DNA from: Azolla caroliniana
Lineage: Eukaryota; Plantae; Polypodiophyta
Length of the DNA stretch: 64,000 nt
Assembly: GCA_043228905.1 (NCBI GenBank)
Contig: JBHGNT010000008.1
Coordinates: 18,042,001-18,106,000 of the forward strand
Reading direction: 5' to 3'
In this document: piece after piece, positions 1 through 12,900 of the stretch
Layout: each line of letters begins with the position of its first letter
Numbering within the stretch: the first letter of the stretch is position 1
The notes under the pieces: model-generated
The model's database searches: none
What the model was told of the DNA's origin: nothing
What the model saw: only the letters and a program-made list of their open reading frames with translations
Program-made: the position numbers and the translations under genes

Positions 1-456
1 TAGTTTCATCTTCCAAAATTTAAGCTGCTTACTCCGTTTGTGCGCGATATCTTCATTTTAGGGTATTTTCGTCGGTTAGCTCAACTCCTCCTGTCTTTGA
101 AATTTTGTCACGTCATCCAACTTCATGGAATTTTAGCTTTTTTGTAAGATATTCAGTTAAATTTTGTTAAATTCTTCGCGTTTTGCGGTCTGCACCCGTA
201 CTGGATTTCGTGTATTAATGTAGTCTCCCTCTATTTGAAACTTTGTTACCAGATCTGTGTGTAAACATACTCTCTTATACATTTGTTATGCTGGTACATG
301 AATAAGCTTGGATTCTATGCCCTTGATCGTTCCCACACGCACTTTCCCTTCACATTTTTAAAAGCGTTTTTTGTTATGGATTTTAGCGGATCCCGTTTGC
401 ATTTTAGTGTCTTGTTCTATTACCTCTTGATATCGTGCATTTGGCTTGTACTTCAG

Positions 457-2615
457 ACAGCTAAAGGAGCCGTTCAGTGTCAGCTAATGGATGCAGTCCA
501 TCAAGGAATAGTTCCCATGCATAAGGTCCACTATCTAAAGCATTTCTGTCTTCCTTCCATGTCATTACGTCCTAGCAAGGTCTTACAATGATGTGTTTCA
601 GGTTAACTTTGATGCTAAAAATGAGTATGAGATGATTCAGAACTATAAGGTGCTACAAGACGTTTTCAACAAGCTAAAAATTGACAAGGTGCAAACTTTC
701 TTCCAACTAGTTGCATGTTCTCTGTTAAGAGGGTAGGGATAATAATCATTTCTATTTCTCCTCTCAGCATATTGAAGTGGCCAAGCTTGTGAAAGGGAGG
801 CCTTTAGATAACTTGGAGTTCATGCAGTGGATGAAGCGATATTGTGATTCCATAAATGGAGGGTTTATTAACAGCAAGTAAGATGCTACTGTGATTAGGT
901 CAATGGATTTGATTGACATGTTGGACTTAATTATATGCAACATAATCATACTCTTTGAAAAACCAACAACCATAAGTTGTAATGGTTGACTGATATATCA
1001 ACTGCAATCCAGTTTATTAGATCAGTTTAGGATTTAGAGTCCAATGTTTAGGCTTTTGTAGACATACAGTATTCGTGTTCGGCACCATTTGAGTACATAA
1101 ATGATAAAAGTGGTACGCAAATTTTTGAAGAAGCAGAGTAAACTGAAGGTTATGGTTGTATGATTTATCAGCTACAATCCAGTTGAACGTCGAGAAAATT
1201 GCAAAGGTGGTAAAGAAACAAACAAGAAATCTTCAGCTTCCAATGTATTGAATATGCAAGCATCTGCTAAAACTTCAATGACAACAACATCAACCAAGAG
1301 TGCTTTGAGCTCAGGGCCTAAACGTGTAGAAACTACCACCATAGCTGTGCCAAAAGGAGGTCAATACTTACTTTTTAACATTTTTCTTACTAAATTGGTG
1401 ATAAAGAAATATAAAATTTGGGCGAAATTTTCTTTGTTCACAGGGTTGAGACCTGCAAGGGTGTCTCCTCCTATGGGTGTACCTGTCTCTTCCACGGCTG
1501 ACGTTGCTATGGTACCAGCTTCACAAGTGGAGGTCCTTAAAGAACAGGTTTTTGTCGAACTTCTTGTTTCTTAAGGATTTTTTTCTGTCCATGCTTAGCA
1601 CAAGATGTTACTTATTACTCTTTGATTAGCACAATGTGTTCTCTGTTCTTTTCTAAAGTGCCTTTGATGTATATGGTTCTTTGTGTCTAGTAAAATATAT
1701 TCTACCTTACTCCTTGGTCAGCAATACAGTATCTAATGTTTTGTGATGAGCTTTTGTTATGTATCTACCATTAATATTGAGTTTGCCTACAAAATGTATT
1801 ACTATTTTTTTTTGTTGCAAAGAGCACTTGCTTACTACCTCCATATATACTAAATTCAATTTTCATCTATTATTACAGGTAACAGAGCTCAAACTATCTG
1901 TGGATAACCTGGAGAAAGAGCGCGATTTCTATTTCGCAAAGCTTCGTGATATTGAAATTCTGTGCCAGAATCCGGGTTTGGAACATACAAAGGTAAAGTT
2001 CTGAAACTAAATTCATAGATATTTTAGTCGGTAAATTACATGCTTCACTTGGTGCAATGTTCTAATCAGATTGGTGAGATAAGAAAGCATTGGCCTACAC
2101 TGTGACATGACCATATACGACAAGATACAGTCATTAAAAAATGATGATTGATGATGATACATATATGTGCAAAACTCATGAGTGAAATAAGTTAAACTTG
2201 TTCACTTTTTGTACTGTACAAAATGATATAATCGGGCACTGTCCTGCATATTGAATCAATTGTGTGACCTTGTTCTACTTGATTGATATGCAAGGTATTG
2301 TTATTGTCTCTAATTATGATCGTGTACCATCAGATAGTCACAGCTGTTCAGAGGATTCTATATGCAGCTGATGACAGCCCAGCTGTTCTAGATGAAGCGC
2401 AACAATTGATAGCATCTTCGCCGAATGGTGTGGTTGATTCAAGTGTTATAGTAAATGAAGAGATGGTGAACCACAAGCAGAACAACAAGAGGAAATCCTT
2501 ATCTGAATCAGATGATGTGGAAGACCCAGACATTTCTCCGAGGCAGAGGAAGAGTCTTTGTTCAGGTTCTGATATCTCTGATGTGCGGATTTCTGCTGAA
2601 GCTGCATTGGTTTGA
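457..2615 (+). CDS. EB1: Microtubule end-binding protein EB1 (RP/EB family); first exon(s) lie upstream of the window
   Basis: GT-AG exons ~457-525, 602-688, 768-877, 1172-1359, 1444-1547, 1879-1992, 2334-2615. They translate to the CH domain ([64 protein letters not shown]) and the EBH motif ([27 protein letters not shown]). Confidence 0.95.
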
Positions 2616-3561
2616 AGTCCCTCCTTAACCATATAGATGAGAATTTTAGAAAGAAATTTGTGCCTGATAAACTACTACTCCTTGGTAAAACCTGATTTAC
2701 CATTTTCATAGTCTCAATGACATTGAATTTGTTGTTCCTGTTAGGATGTTTGGTATGCTAGCTTACTACTAACTATACTACTTGTAATGGATGTGGCAAT
2801 AATATACAGCCCCCCAATTCTTTGGAACAACTCTGATTCACCAATTTTACTTCTGCTTCTTCTGTTTCTGTTTCTGTTTCTGTTTCTATTTCCATGATTA
2901 TGGCATATATATGCATGCATGCATGCATGCATATATACATATGCATTACATGGCATGACATGGCATTACATTGGGAGTGGATCTTTCTTGAATGGTCTTG
3001 TCTCACGAATATAAGTTTTGACATTGTTGTCAATATTATCTTTTTGTTGATGGAACACCATGCACTTCAATCATATGCCTTGCTTGAATTTGGCATTTCA
3101 CATACAATTCTAACGAAGACAACAAGACATTTATACTTGGAATGGACAACAATTACAAAGATCTTAGCACTGAAAGGAATCTGATTATATCAATGTACCA
3201 TTTAATATTGGACTGCTTGCTTTATGCACCTGAATTTGTGTTATGTGCCCTCTGACCACATTGTGAACACAAAAAGACAATGAATTTAATTGGAGTGCTT
3301 GCTTTATGCAATTAGAACGTCTTTAACATGACACATGAATGCATTAAGACCATGAACACAATACAAACTGAAGAACAATTGGAAGCACTTGACACACCTA
3401 GGAACTTGAGGTATTATGAAGACAAAAATCCATGAAGGTTTGGATGCCCTCATAATGCTTATGAAGAAGTATATATATATATATATATGCTCGTCAAGAA
3501 ATGGCTTTGATTTGTTTCCTCCAAAATAAATGTGCACCTTTGTAGTAAATGGGAGAGAGAT

Positions 3562-3695
3562 GAAAGAAAGAAAGATTTATTAACATCTTCTAAGACCAAA
3601 TTTGGCCCATCAGACAATTCGTTTACAGAAAAAATGGGGTATTTATTATCTACAGCAAAAATGGGGTATTTATCCATTCCTCAAAGGTAAATAAA
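3562..3695 (-). mobile_element. Short 3'-end fragment of the RTE-X-like LINE family with (TTTC)n tail
   Basis: gaaagaaagaaagatttattaacatcttctaagaccaaatttggcccatcagacaa...aaaaatggggtatttatccattc aligns by eye with the LINE 3' end at ~30980-31090. It contains a small internal duplication. Confidence 0.8.
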
Positions 3696-3866
3696 TATAG
3701 ATTGATACACACATTGAGGGATATATAGATTGATACAAGACATAAATAATCAGCAAGGTACATTAGATTACTATATAAAGTTACGAGACCATGTAAATGA
3801 CAAGAGGGATAAATAAAAGTTATTGAAGTGAAAAAGTTAGAGATAAATAAAGACGGCAATAAAGAA

Positions 3867-3939
3867 TGGAGATGCGGGGTATCGATCCCCGTACCTCTCG
3901 CATGCTAAGCGAGCGCTCTACCATCTGAGCTACATCCCC
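3867..3939 (-). tRNA. trnA-AGC: tRNA-Ala (anticodon AGC)
   Basis: Reverse complement is GGGGATGTAGCTCAGATGGTAGAGCGCTCGCTTAGCATGCGAGAGGTACGGGGATCGATACCCCGCATCTCCA (73 nt, intact cloverleaf). There is an upstream CAA motif and a downstream T5 run at 3831-3835. Confidence 0.97.
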
Positions 3940-5507
3940 TTTGATGAAAACCGTTTCTTAATTTTATTACTAAAACCTATAAAACAAAATCCTATCATAG
4001 GACCATAAAATGTATTTAATGCATTTATTTATTCATGTAGCAGTGAGCACTATGAAATGCAAAAACAAGGGGGAATGTTTTGAAACTCCCAAAGTCTAGT
4101 CGGGTTGGTTGGAGAGTAAAACACATATCCCTATTCTCTCTATGATCATAATTAATGTACAATGTGAAGTCTCAATCAAATGTTTAGTTACACAACATAA
4201 CAAATACTTATATGCCTTTTTTGCAATTACATCATTATGATTGTGGGTAGTTATGAGGGAGATCAAATGGAAGTCAGATTATAAGGTGTGATGATGGGTA
4301 TGGTTGGCAAGTAACCTGATCGTCAAAAAGGAGGAGGCAAAACTTTTTCTTTAACTAATGTAGATAATAGATATATGTGAAAGTGTGAATTCATAAGTTT
4401 TTTGCATGTGGAAATGTAAAAGTTAGTGATAAGAAATATAAGGGATACCCATTGAAATACACATTGCATCTCAAGGCAAATGAATCTACGAGGTTACATT
4501 ATAAGAGAAATGTTAATTACTTGTAGCACAATGATATTGAAGTCAATGGTCTAAGGCCAATGTTTGTAAGTTCTTTGTGTAGGCTTATGGATCTCGATGT
4601 GGAAGCCATAATCACTTTTACAACTAAACGAGGTAAAATAACACGAGTTTACTTTGAGATTAGCAAGTGACAAGATATTGCCAAGGAAAAGGTATGATTT
4701 TTGACCCAATGCCTGCAAAGAGTTTGGTTTTACTCCTACTACATAAAACAAAAGTGTTTGACAAAAGTGTTTGAGCAACTCATTATGGCTTAAAATGTGG
4801 ATACTATAAGCATAAAAAGTTAAGATGGTTACGGAGAGGCTCAAGTGGGTTAAAATGAAGCTTGTGAAGACAACATGTTCTAACCATACACGTATGTACC
4901 CAAACATACAAAATGCATATGTGAGATGAAACTAATGCGAGAGGCTTTCAAGATGATTGCTTTATACCACTCTTAATTTACATGATATATATTTCCATTG
5001 CATAAAAGATCTTTCTACCCACTTGCTTATATCCATATGCACATCTCCTCCAATATATAGAGAGATACATACACCTTTATGTACACATATATAATGTATG
5101 CATACCCACAAGAAGACATGCATACATAATGCACATCTTCTCCAATATAGAGATACATACACATTATTTATGTACAATGAAGACATGCATACATAATGCA
5201 CATAGATACATTCCTAAACCTTATTCATTCAATTGGGAGAATTCGAAGGAAGGAAATGAACGCATGCTCCATCTGACGACCTAATGGATGTTTTAGTGCT
5301 CCTTTCTGATGATTAATAAGGAGGCCTCCCAAAAGAGGGATTGGTTTTGTTTCGAGTCACTCTGGAAAACTCGAAGAGTGAGGCTACGAAGTTGTGAATA
5401 TGATTTTAAGTATATGTTTCCTTTGTGATTTAAAGATCTGCTTGTAATCCATTCAATAAAGATTAGCATTAACCAACATGTATTATATTTAGTTCCGATT
5501 GACAGAG

Positions 5508-5575
5508 GGGCCGCAATCAATGGGCCCGGGTTTAGGTTAAAGTTTAGGTTTAGGGTATTAGGATTTTAGGGTTTC
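5508..5575 (+). promoter_or_regulatory. Site II (TGGGCC) plus telo-box-like (TAGGGTTT) motifs upstream of FKBP15
   Basis: gggccgcaatcaatgggcccgggtttagg...tttagggtttc, about 210-270 bp upstream of the ATG. This motif pair is common in plant housekeeping promoters. Confidence 0.4.
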
Positions 5576-5783
5576 AGGAAGGGCATTTCAGTAATTAGAT
5601 TTGGATCAATCAGAAACTTGATGGCTCGAGCCGGGGGTATTCTTGTAATTTCTGAAAAACAGACATGGAGGAAGGAGGGTATGTCTTTTCTGCTGAATTG
5701 GTTGATGATGATATGCAAACGCAGGAATAGGGTATTCTGCTAGCTTGTTTTCCCCTAATTTTGGTGTTGGAGAGATCGAGGCT

Positions 5784-8418
5784 ATGGCCATGGCTATGGA
5801 CCTCGCCTTTGTCTGCATCCTAGCCCTTCTCTGTACATCACTTTTCCTTCTCCCTCAAGGTATAATACTTTCTCTTTACACTCATGACTGCTGTAGCCCA
5901 TCGCTATGGAGCTCGCGCTTTTCTGCGTATCTGACCCCCATCCCCATCCCCACCTCCCCTTCTCTTTATCTCAATTTTCGTTCTTGTCTCGTATCTTCTC
6001 GTTTCTTTAACGTATCTGTTCTTGAACTGTAGCGCACGCTAAGAAGGAGAAAGATGTAGATGAGCTTCGGATCGGAGTAAAGGTTTGAGTCTTCCATCCC
6101 CCTCTTCTTTTTTCTTCATTTTTTATAGTTTATGTGTCTCTGATTCTCGTTCCTGATAGTTTAAATTTCTCTGATCACAATTTGGTTTTCTTGTTTCTCA
6201 ACTACAGTTCAAACCTAAAACTTGTGAAATCCAAGCTCACAAAGGAGATAAGATCAAAGTTCACTACCGGGTAGATCTATCCATCTTTCCTCTTCATAAT
6301 GGATATATGATTTTCCTAAATTATTTCTCTGTAAAATCTATGTTCATTCGGCCCTTCCTTCGTAGCAGATCTGTGATTTGGTGAACTCAAAACCGGATCT
6401 TTAATATGGAAAATATTTACATTTCATCACTAATCTCATTACAGCTTTATTAATGGAGATATATGCATTTGTTCTTAACACATTACCTGGAAAATCAAAC
6501 AATCTTTCTTCGTGACATATCTGTGGTTTTGATGAACTCAAAACTTGATATTTAGTGTGATAAAAATCATATTTATGGAAACGTTCAAGGCAGCTAAATT
6601 AATGGTTTTCAACAATAATAACTTGAGCCCGTTCTAAATAAATCCGTTGACCTTTTTAGCTGATCCTTGATACAAAATAAATTTATATTTTGTCACACCA
6701 AGCTGTATTGCTGTTAGACGATATCCAATATATGCATTCGTCCTTCTTCAAGATTAATATAAGAAATTTATATGTATGAGTCCATTAAACGTAATATGTC
6801 ACTCCACAGCTCGTTATTATTAGATTCGTTACAATTTATGGTTTTTTCCTTTTCAAGATTGATTTACATAAGAATTTTCTTATGCATGAGTCCTTATCAG
6901 GTCAGTTAATACATTTTCTTAACAGATCGACAATGCGATACCTTGGAAACTTGAAACTTAGTGTGTTATATTTTATGGGCAAGGCACGTTTCTTGTTTGA
7001 CTCATTGTAATCTATCTACACCTTTGGGATATACTGGGGTGCTCCATTTCAAGATCTATGCGTTCATGATTATTGAAATGCTTTACTTTTTTACGTAAAT
7101 CTGATTAATTCAAATTAACATAATGAACCAATAATTATATGTTTTTATCTCATACAAAATGTAATTAATGCCTAAGAATCGTAGCTTATACTACTTATTA
7201 GTTTTTCCTTTTTAGGTTGAAGGTAAATTAAGTACATCAGTTAATTATTAACTGCTAATTACTTGTATTTGTTAGTGAGCATGCTTTGCCAGAAGTAATC
7301 TAGCAGTTTAATGGATGGTTAGCTAAACTAAGTTGATTATAAGACCCACAATAGAAAATTGGGTCTGTTTTTGGTAAAGTTTTATAATTATGGCCCTATA
7401 TTTGTAATTTTCTCTAATAATGTATTTATATATTATCCCTTGGAACTATGGCTATAATCCATTTTTTCTGTCCCTTTTCAAGATCCGCATAATAAATTTC
7501 TTATGCATGAGGTTAATGTATGCTTAGGGTCCCTTTTTTCTTCATTAATTGCTGGTATGTATGCCTTTTCAAGGTCTAAGTACATTTTTTCACATGTAGA
7601 TCAATCTAAGAAGAGTGATTTTTATAGAAGTTTGTATGGAGACATGCTTATCCTTCTTCCATTATGATATAGGGAATGCTCACAGATGGTACCGAATTTG
7701 ATGCAAGTTATGGAAGGGGTGTTCCGTTTGAGTTTGAGCTTGGAGCTGGACGTGTAATTCAAGGTATAATATTATTGAATATTATATAGTAAAAAATATG
7801 TTTCTTTGTTTAGATTTGTAATCCTGTGCTTGTGTAGGTTGGGATCAAGGTCTACTTGGAATGTGTGTTGGGGAGAAAAGGAAATTGAAAATTCCTTCAA
7901 AGTTGGGTTATGGTGATTCAGGATCCCCTCCAAAGATTCCAGGCAAGTCCTGCTGCTGCGCATGGCATGGCTAAATTTTTTAATGCAATATGTAAACTCT
8001 CATGTGCGAAAAAGATTTGAAATGCAAGAATGAAGTCATTGAACGTAGTAATGTTGCCAATATTCAAAGATTTAATGCACACATCTCATATATACGTACA
8101 CATTGATATAATATTCCAAGAAGGAGAATCCTCCTTCATTGTGTAGGTTTTAGAAATGTGTTTCTCATTATGACTATGTAATATAATGGTAAAAATGTGT
8201 GAATCGTAGAACCTTCAAAGATAGTACTATACAACAAATGCCTATTATGTGATGGTAATTAATGGTTTCTTTACTTAATGCAGTATGGATAGCTTACTAT
8301 ATCTTTAATACCGACTCTCATCTTGTAATCGGTGTATGCAGGTGGTGCTACCCTCATATTTGAAACTGAACTAATTTCTGTCAATGGGAAAACTGCAAGT
8401 TCAGACAGTGAACTGTAG
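5784..8418 (+). CDS. FKBP15: ER-luminal FKBP-type peptidyl-prolyl isomerase (FKBP15-like)
   Basis: Exons 5784-5859, 6033-6082, 6208-6270, 7673-7763, 7838-7942, 8342-8418. Signal peptide, then [72 protein letters not shown]. Ends in DSEL, a KDEL-like retention signal. Intron 5 is GC-AG. Confidence 0.95.
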
Positions 8419-8957
8419 GACAATATAGGATTTTGTTTTTACAAGAGAGTCTTCACATGAGCTACATAAGCAGAAGATTGCTTTTTATGAACTTTTCCTA
8501 ACATATTCTAATTCATTCTCGGATATTCACATCTTACTTTGTATTTTGACTATTTACCATGCATTTTTTCAACTGTGACTTACATACGTCACAGGAAATT
8601 TCCAGGGCAATATATTCAAAATGATGAATCCTGATTCTAGTCAAATGGTCTTTTCTGCTTGCTCATGATGAAGATATGAAAAGCCTTGAAGATTCATATC
8701 GAGACAATTTGTGATAATCCTGGGAATGTGGCTTAAATGTTAATTTATTGATTTGAACACAAATATTGATGTGAATCATCAATGTCCTACAGATATTTTT
8801 TAAATTTGTGTTTTTTCCTGAGCCCATCAAGTATTGATTATTGTGAAGCTGATTGAACATCGATGATTACTTCCATGGCAATGTGATGAATCAATGATAG
8901 ATTGTTAATTTTTGGAAAAAAGAAGAAGATAGATTGTTAAGAGACTTCTTCCATGGT

Positions 8958-9300
8958 GTTTATACTTTTTTTTCTTTGTGTTTGTACACAATGCTAGAAT
9001 GTTTGGAACATACAGAAGCACATCATTTGTTTAAAGATGATGGTTTGGCTAAGAGGGTTTAACATATGCCTTTTATACTTTTTTTTCTTTGTGTTTGTAC
9101 ACAATGCTAGAATGTTTGGAACATACAGAAGCACATCATTTGTTTAAAGATGATGGTTTGGCTAAGAGGGTTTAACATATGCCTTTTATACTTTTTTTTC
9201 TTTGTGTTTGTACACAATGCTAGAATGTTTGGAACATACAGAAGCACATCATTTGTTTAAAGATGATGGTTTGGCTAAGAGGGTTTAACATATGCCTTTT
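8958..9300. repeat. Near-perfect tandem triplication of a ~113-bp unit
   Basis: Unit tttatactttttttt...ggtttaacatatgcc starts at ~8958, 9071 and 9184. Confidence 0.95.
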
Positions 9301-9954
9301 TGGAGCTCTTATTTTTTACTTGCATTTTACTAATGAAAAATAACATTATGAAAGAAATGGTCTTTTGTTACTTCAAAATTAGGAGAAGGAAAAGATTAAA
9401 CCAAGTTTCATGTTTGCCCATAAGATCCTTGGATCCATAAATTAACTGTGAATTTAACCAAATATGAGAACCACTGCGAGAAAAAGCTCTTAAAATCTTA
9501 GTGGGGCTTGCGGCCATGGGCTATGCTGGAAACAAAGCTAACTGCAATGAAGCCGAGGCAAGAACCTCGTCTTGCGGGTGATTGGCAACAAGAAAGCCAT
9601 CAAATCTCAGCAGTAGGATATGGCGCACCTGATGCTCTTTTACCGAACTCTTCTGATTCCGATTCATCTCTCTGAATCTCCCTTATTCATTATTGGAAGC
9701 CTCCAAAAGAGAGCTGAGGAAGAGTGGAGCGAATTGATCCCCACCCCCATGGGTGTTCCAATAGCATGTGTGAATTTGGTTCTGTAAAGAGTAAATTCTG
9801 GTTTTTTGTCTGTTGTGAAATATGAATGGAAATCGAAGCCTGAAAAATGAGATGATAAGAAAGAAGAAACTGAACCAAATGATTTGATCGATCTTCTCTC
9901 GTCTCTCATCATCATCATCATCATCATCATCTGCTTCTTCTTCTCGTGAACGTG

Positions 9955-12900
9955 ATGATGATGATGATGATGATGGCCTGCAGCAGTAGCATCATGAACG
10001 CCACCGCCATTACCAATTCTGATATTTCTTCCGTTTCCGTCTCTAAGGTCAGACCTCAAAACCAGCTCGTGCTCATGCGTCATGGTAAGCGCCATTCTGT
10101 GATTCGATCTCTTCATATTGCTATCGCTATTACGTTGCCGATCTCGTAGGACGTTTGCTATTTCTGTGTTCTGTCATGAAAGACTGGAAATCGTTCATTA
10201 TGTCTTTCTCTTGGAATAGTTAGGTTTGGAGCCGGTGCAGCAGAAAAAGTGCACGTTTTTCCTGTGAAAGGCTAATGTTTAGATTCTACATCATTTACTC
10301 AAAAGGGAAAATAAGCTATAACAGAAACGTTTTCAGAGATGATAATCTGTGATCAAGATCTGTTAGAGGAACGAACTCTTGCATAAACGTATAATGCTAT
10401 CTCTACTGCTTGTTTCCCTGGGTTTTGTGACACACTCTGCATGCATGAACTGTGTCAGAGTTAAGAATCAGTGATCAGGTTTTGAGAGGGGAACAAAATG
10501 AAGTTTAAGAGCGTTGTTTATATAATCTTTGCCATCTTTACAATCGGGTAGATTTTCGAACGATATTAAGAAATGGCCTCCGTTCTTTTGAAAGGCTAAT
10601 ATAATTAGAATTCAAACATGTCCATGGAAAGAATTTCACTATAAAATGTGAGAGCTGAGTATCAGGGGTCTGATTCCGAACGAGGAACACCAGTATTGAA
10701 GTCCAAATGTATAAAACAAAATTCCTTTATGACAGCCTAATATTGTTTGAATTCAAACATGCCCATGGATAGAATTTCAATATAAAATTGTCAGAGGTGA
10801 ATATCAGGGATTGGATTCTGAACAAGGAACACAATGCTGGGGTCCAAATGCATAAAAATATTTCTTTTAGGTTTTTGTCTGTCATGTTACATCTATACCA
10901 TCCTTCTCCATGGATCCCATAACATATATTGAAAAGATGAAATCCCTCATTTCTGCATCTGTGTAAATGGATAGATTGTCTAATGAGATTGTTGAAAAAA
11001 AGGTTTGTTTCCTGTTAAAACCTAACATGGTTCAATTCCAAACATGTCTGTAAAAAGAATTTCTGTATGTACTGTCACAGACTTGAGAAGTGGTCATCAG
11101 ATTGTAAACAAGGAACAACATGATTTTATAGATATTGGATTGATAAGTAGGTGCTTCGTGGTCCATGTCTTAATCTCAATTGAGAGTCCATAATCCATTT
11201 CTACATAAACGTGTGAATAGGAAGAATTTCAATATAAATGACTGAATGGGAAGTACTGACAAAGCAATTGTAAGAGATAGTTAGGTTAGATCCTGTCAGT
11301 GGAAAGAATTTCAACAGAAACTGTGAATCCAATTTTGAAAGTGGAAACAAAATAATGAACTAAATTAGTTTACATTCATCAGAAAGATTTCTTTGAAGTC
11401 TCTTCCAAGTTACTTTCTAGTGTTTCTGGTTTAGTGTTAAAGAATACCTGCCCATACACACACATACATGAATTTAAAGAGATATGGTGGATAAACATGC
11501 ACTTTGTGTTCCGTTATTTGGTCGCAATGTATGGTCTTGGGTGTTACTTTTCTTTCTTTTGCATGTAGGTGAAAGCATGTGGAATGATCTCAAGCTTTTC
11601 ACAGGGTAGGAAAATCACATGATTCTTTATTATGGTGTGAAAAGTCCATGCTTATGAATTTATAGTTCTTGATTAAAGATTTACTTTCCCAGGGATGTAG
11701 ATATTCCTCTAACAGAAAAAGGAATTATGGAAGCTCTTGCTGCTGGCAAAGCTGTAAGAGACATTGATTTTGATATTATCTTCACAAGCAGGCTTGTGAG
11801 GTCAAAGCAAACAGCTCTCATTGCCTTGACACAGGTATCCTTTGTTAATGAAGCTTGGTTTTCCTATCATACAGGATTGCCCTTACACTAGCGCCTCACT
11901 CCATTATCATTTAACAAGTTTTCTACCATGGATCTAGTTTATATAACAAATATGATAGTCTGACAACCTCAGTAAATTGGCAACTTGAAGCTCAATTGTT
12001 TAAAAATTTCATAGCAAATGTGGTGAATAATGAATCAATCGTAGCAATTAATTTACCAACTTCTCCAAACATAGCAAATAAGCAAATGCTAGAATCTTAG
12101 GAGAAATCCTGGTTTTATAGCTACATGGTTTTTAATACTGCAGCTATTTTTAATTAATCCTGATGATTACTGCTTTCTTCCACGATGATTTTGAAACAGA
12201 GCAGATATAAACGGGTACCCGTTCTTGTTAGAGGTGGTTTCCATGGCTCTGGAAAGACGGGTGATGAAAATAGATTGAAGCTTAGGGATGCAGCAGCTAA
12301 AGCACTAGAACATGCTGCTTGTCTTACAGTGCCTGTGTATGCAGATCCAGCCCTCAATGAGCGGTGCTATGGAGATCTCCAGGTAATATATCTACAACTT
12401 TATCTATCTAGCCCTATATATGTCATAATAATCAGTCATTTTCCTTTGTTAGTACCGTAAGGATATAATTGAAATTAGGAAAAACGCTGAAATACACCTA
12501 AGTTGTTTTTTTATTTATATCCTCAAATGCACCTGAATTTTAGTTATTTCTCCGAATGCCCATGATCAACCACTGAAAGATAAATTGTATGTGCTATTTG
12601 AGCAACTATATGGTTAATTCATTCCCTTTTTCTCAATTATATGGGCTATTTGAGAAATTAAATGGTCAGTTCATTCCCTTTTCTCTCTTTTGGGAGTTTG
12701 ACCAAGGACCTAAAGAAACTCAGATGGGAAATAATGAAAACTCAGATGGATTTCAGAACCAAAAGAAACAAATTAGGGGCATTTTGGCGATTTTGTCAGA
12801 TATATGGAACTCTCAAAGTACAGTCCAACACTATTTGTTTTCCAACAGTCAACTTGATGGAAGAGTAACCTCAAATCTATGGGTTGCAAAAGCTAGTTTA

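Noticed and set aside
2855-2965. (TGTTTC)n and (CATG)n/RY palindromic tract downstream of EB1, and the ORFs across it
   Set aside because: Simple microsatellites; the ORFs are low-complexity artefacts.
9664-10116. 150-aa minus-strand ORF with poly-His and poly-Met
   Set aside because: It is the antisense reading of the CAT/ATG microsatellites at the PGM start.
10606-10870. Imperfect ~140-bp duplication in PGM intron 1, and similar ones in FKBP15 intron 3
   Set aside because: Old local intronic duplications with no TIR, TSD or RNA-gene motif.
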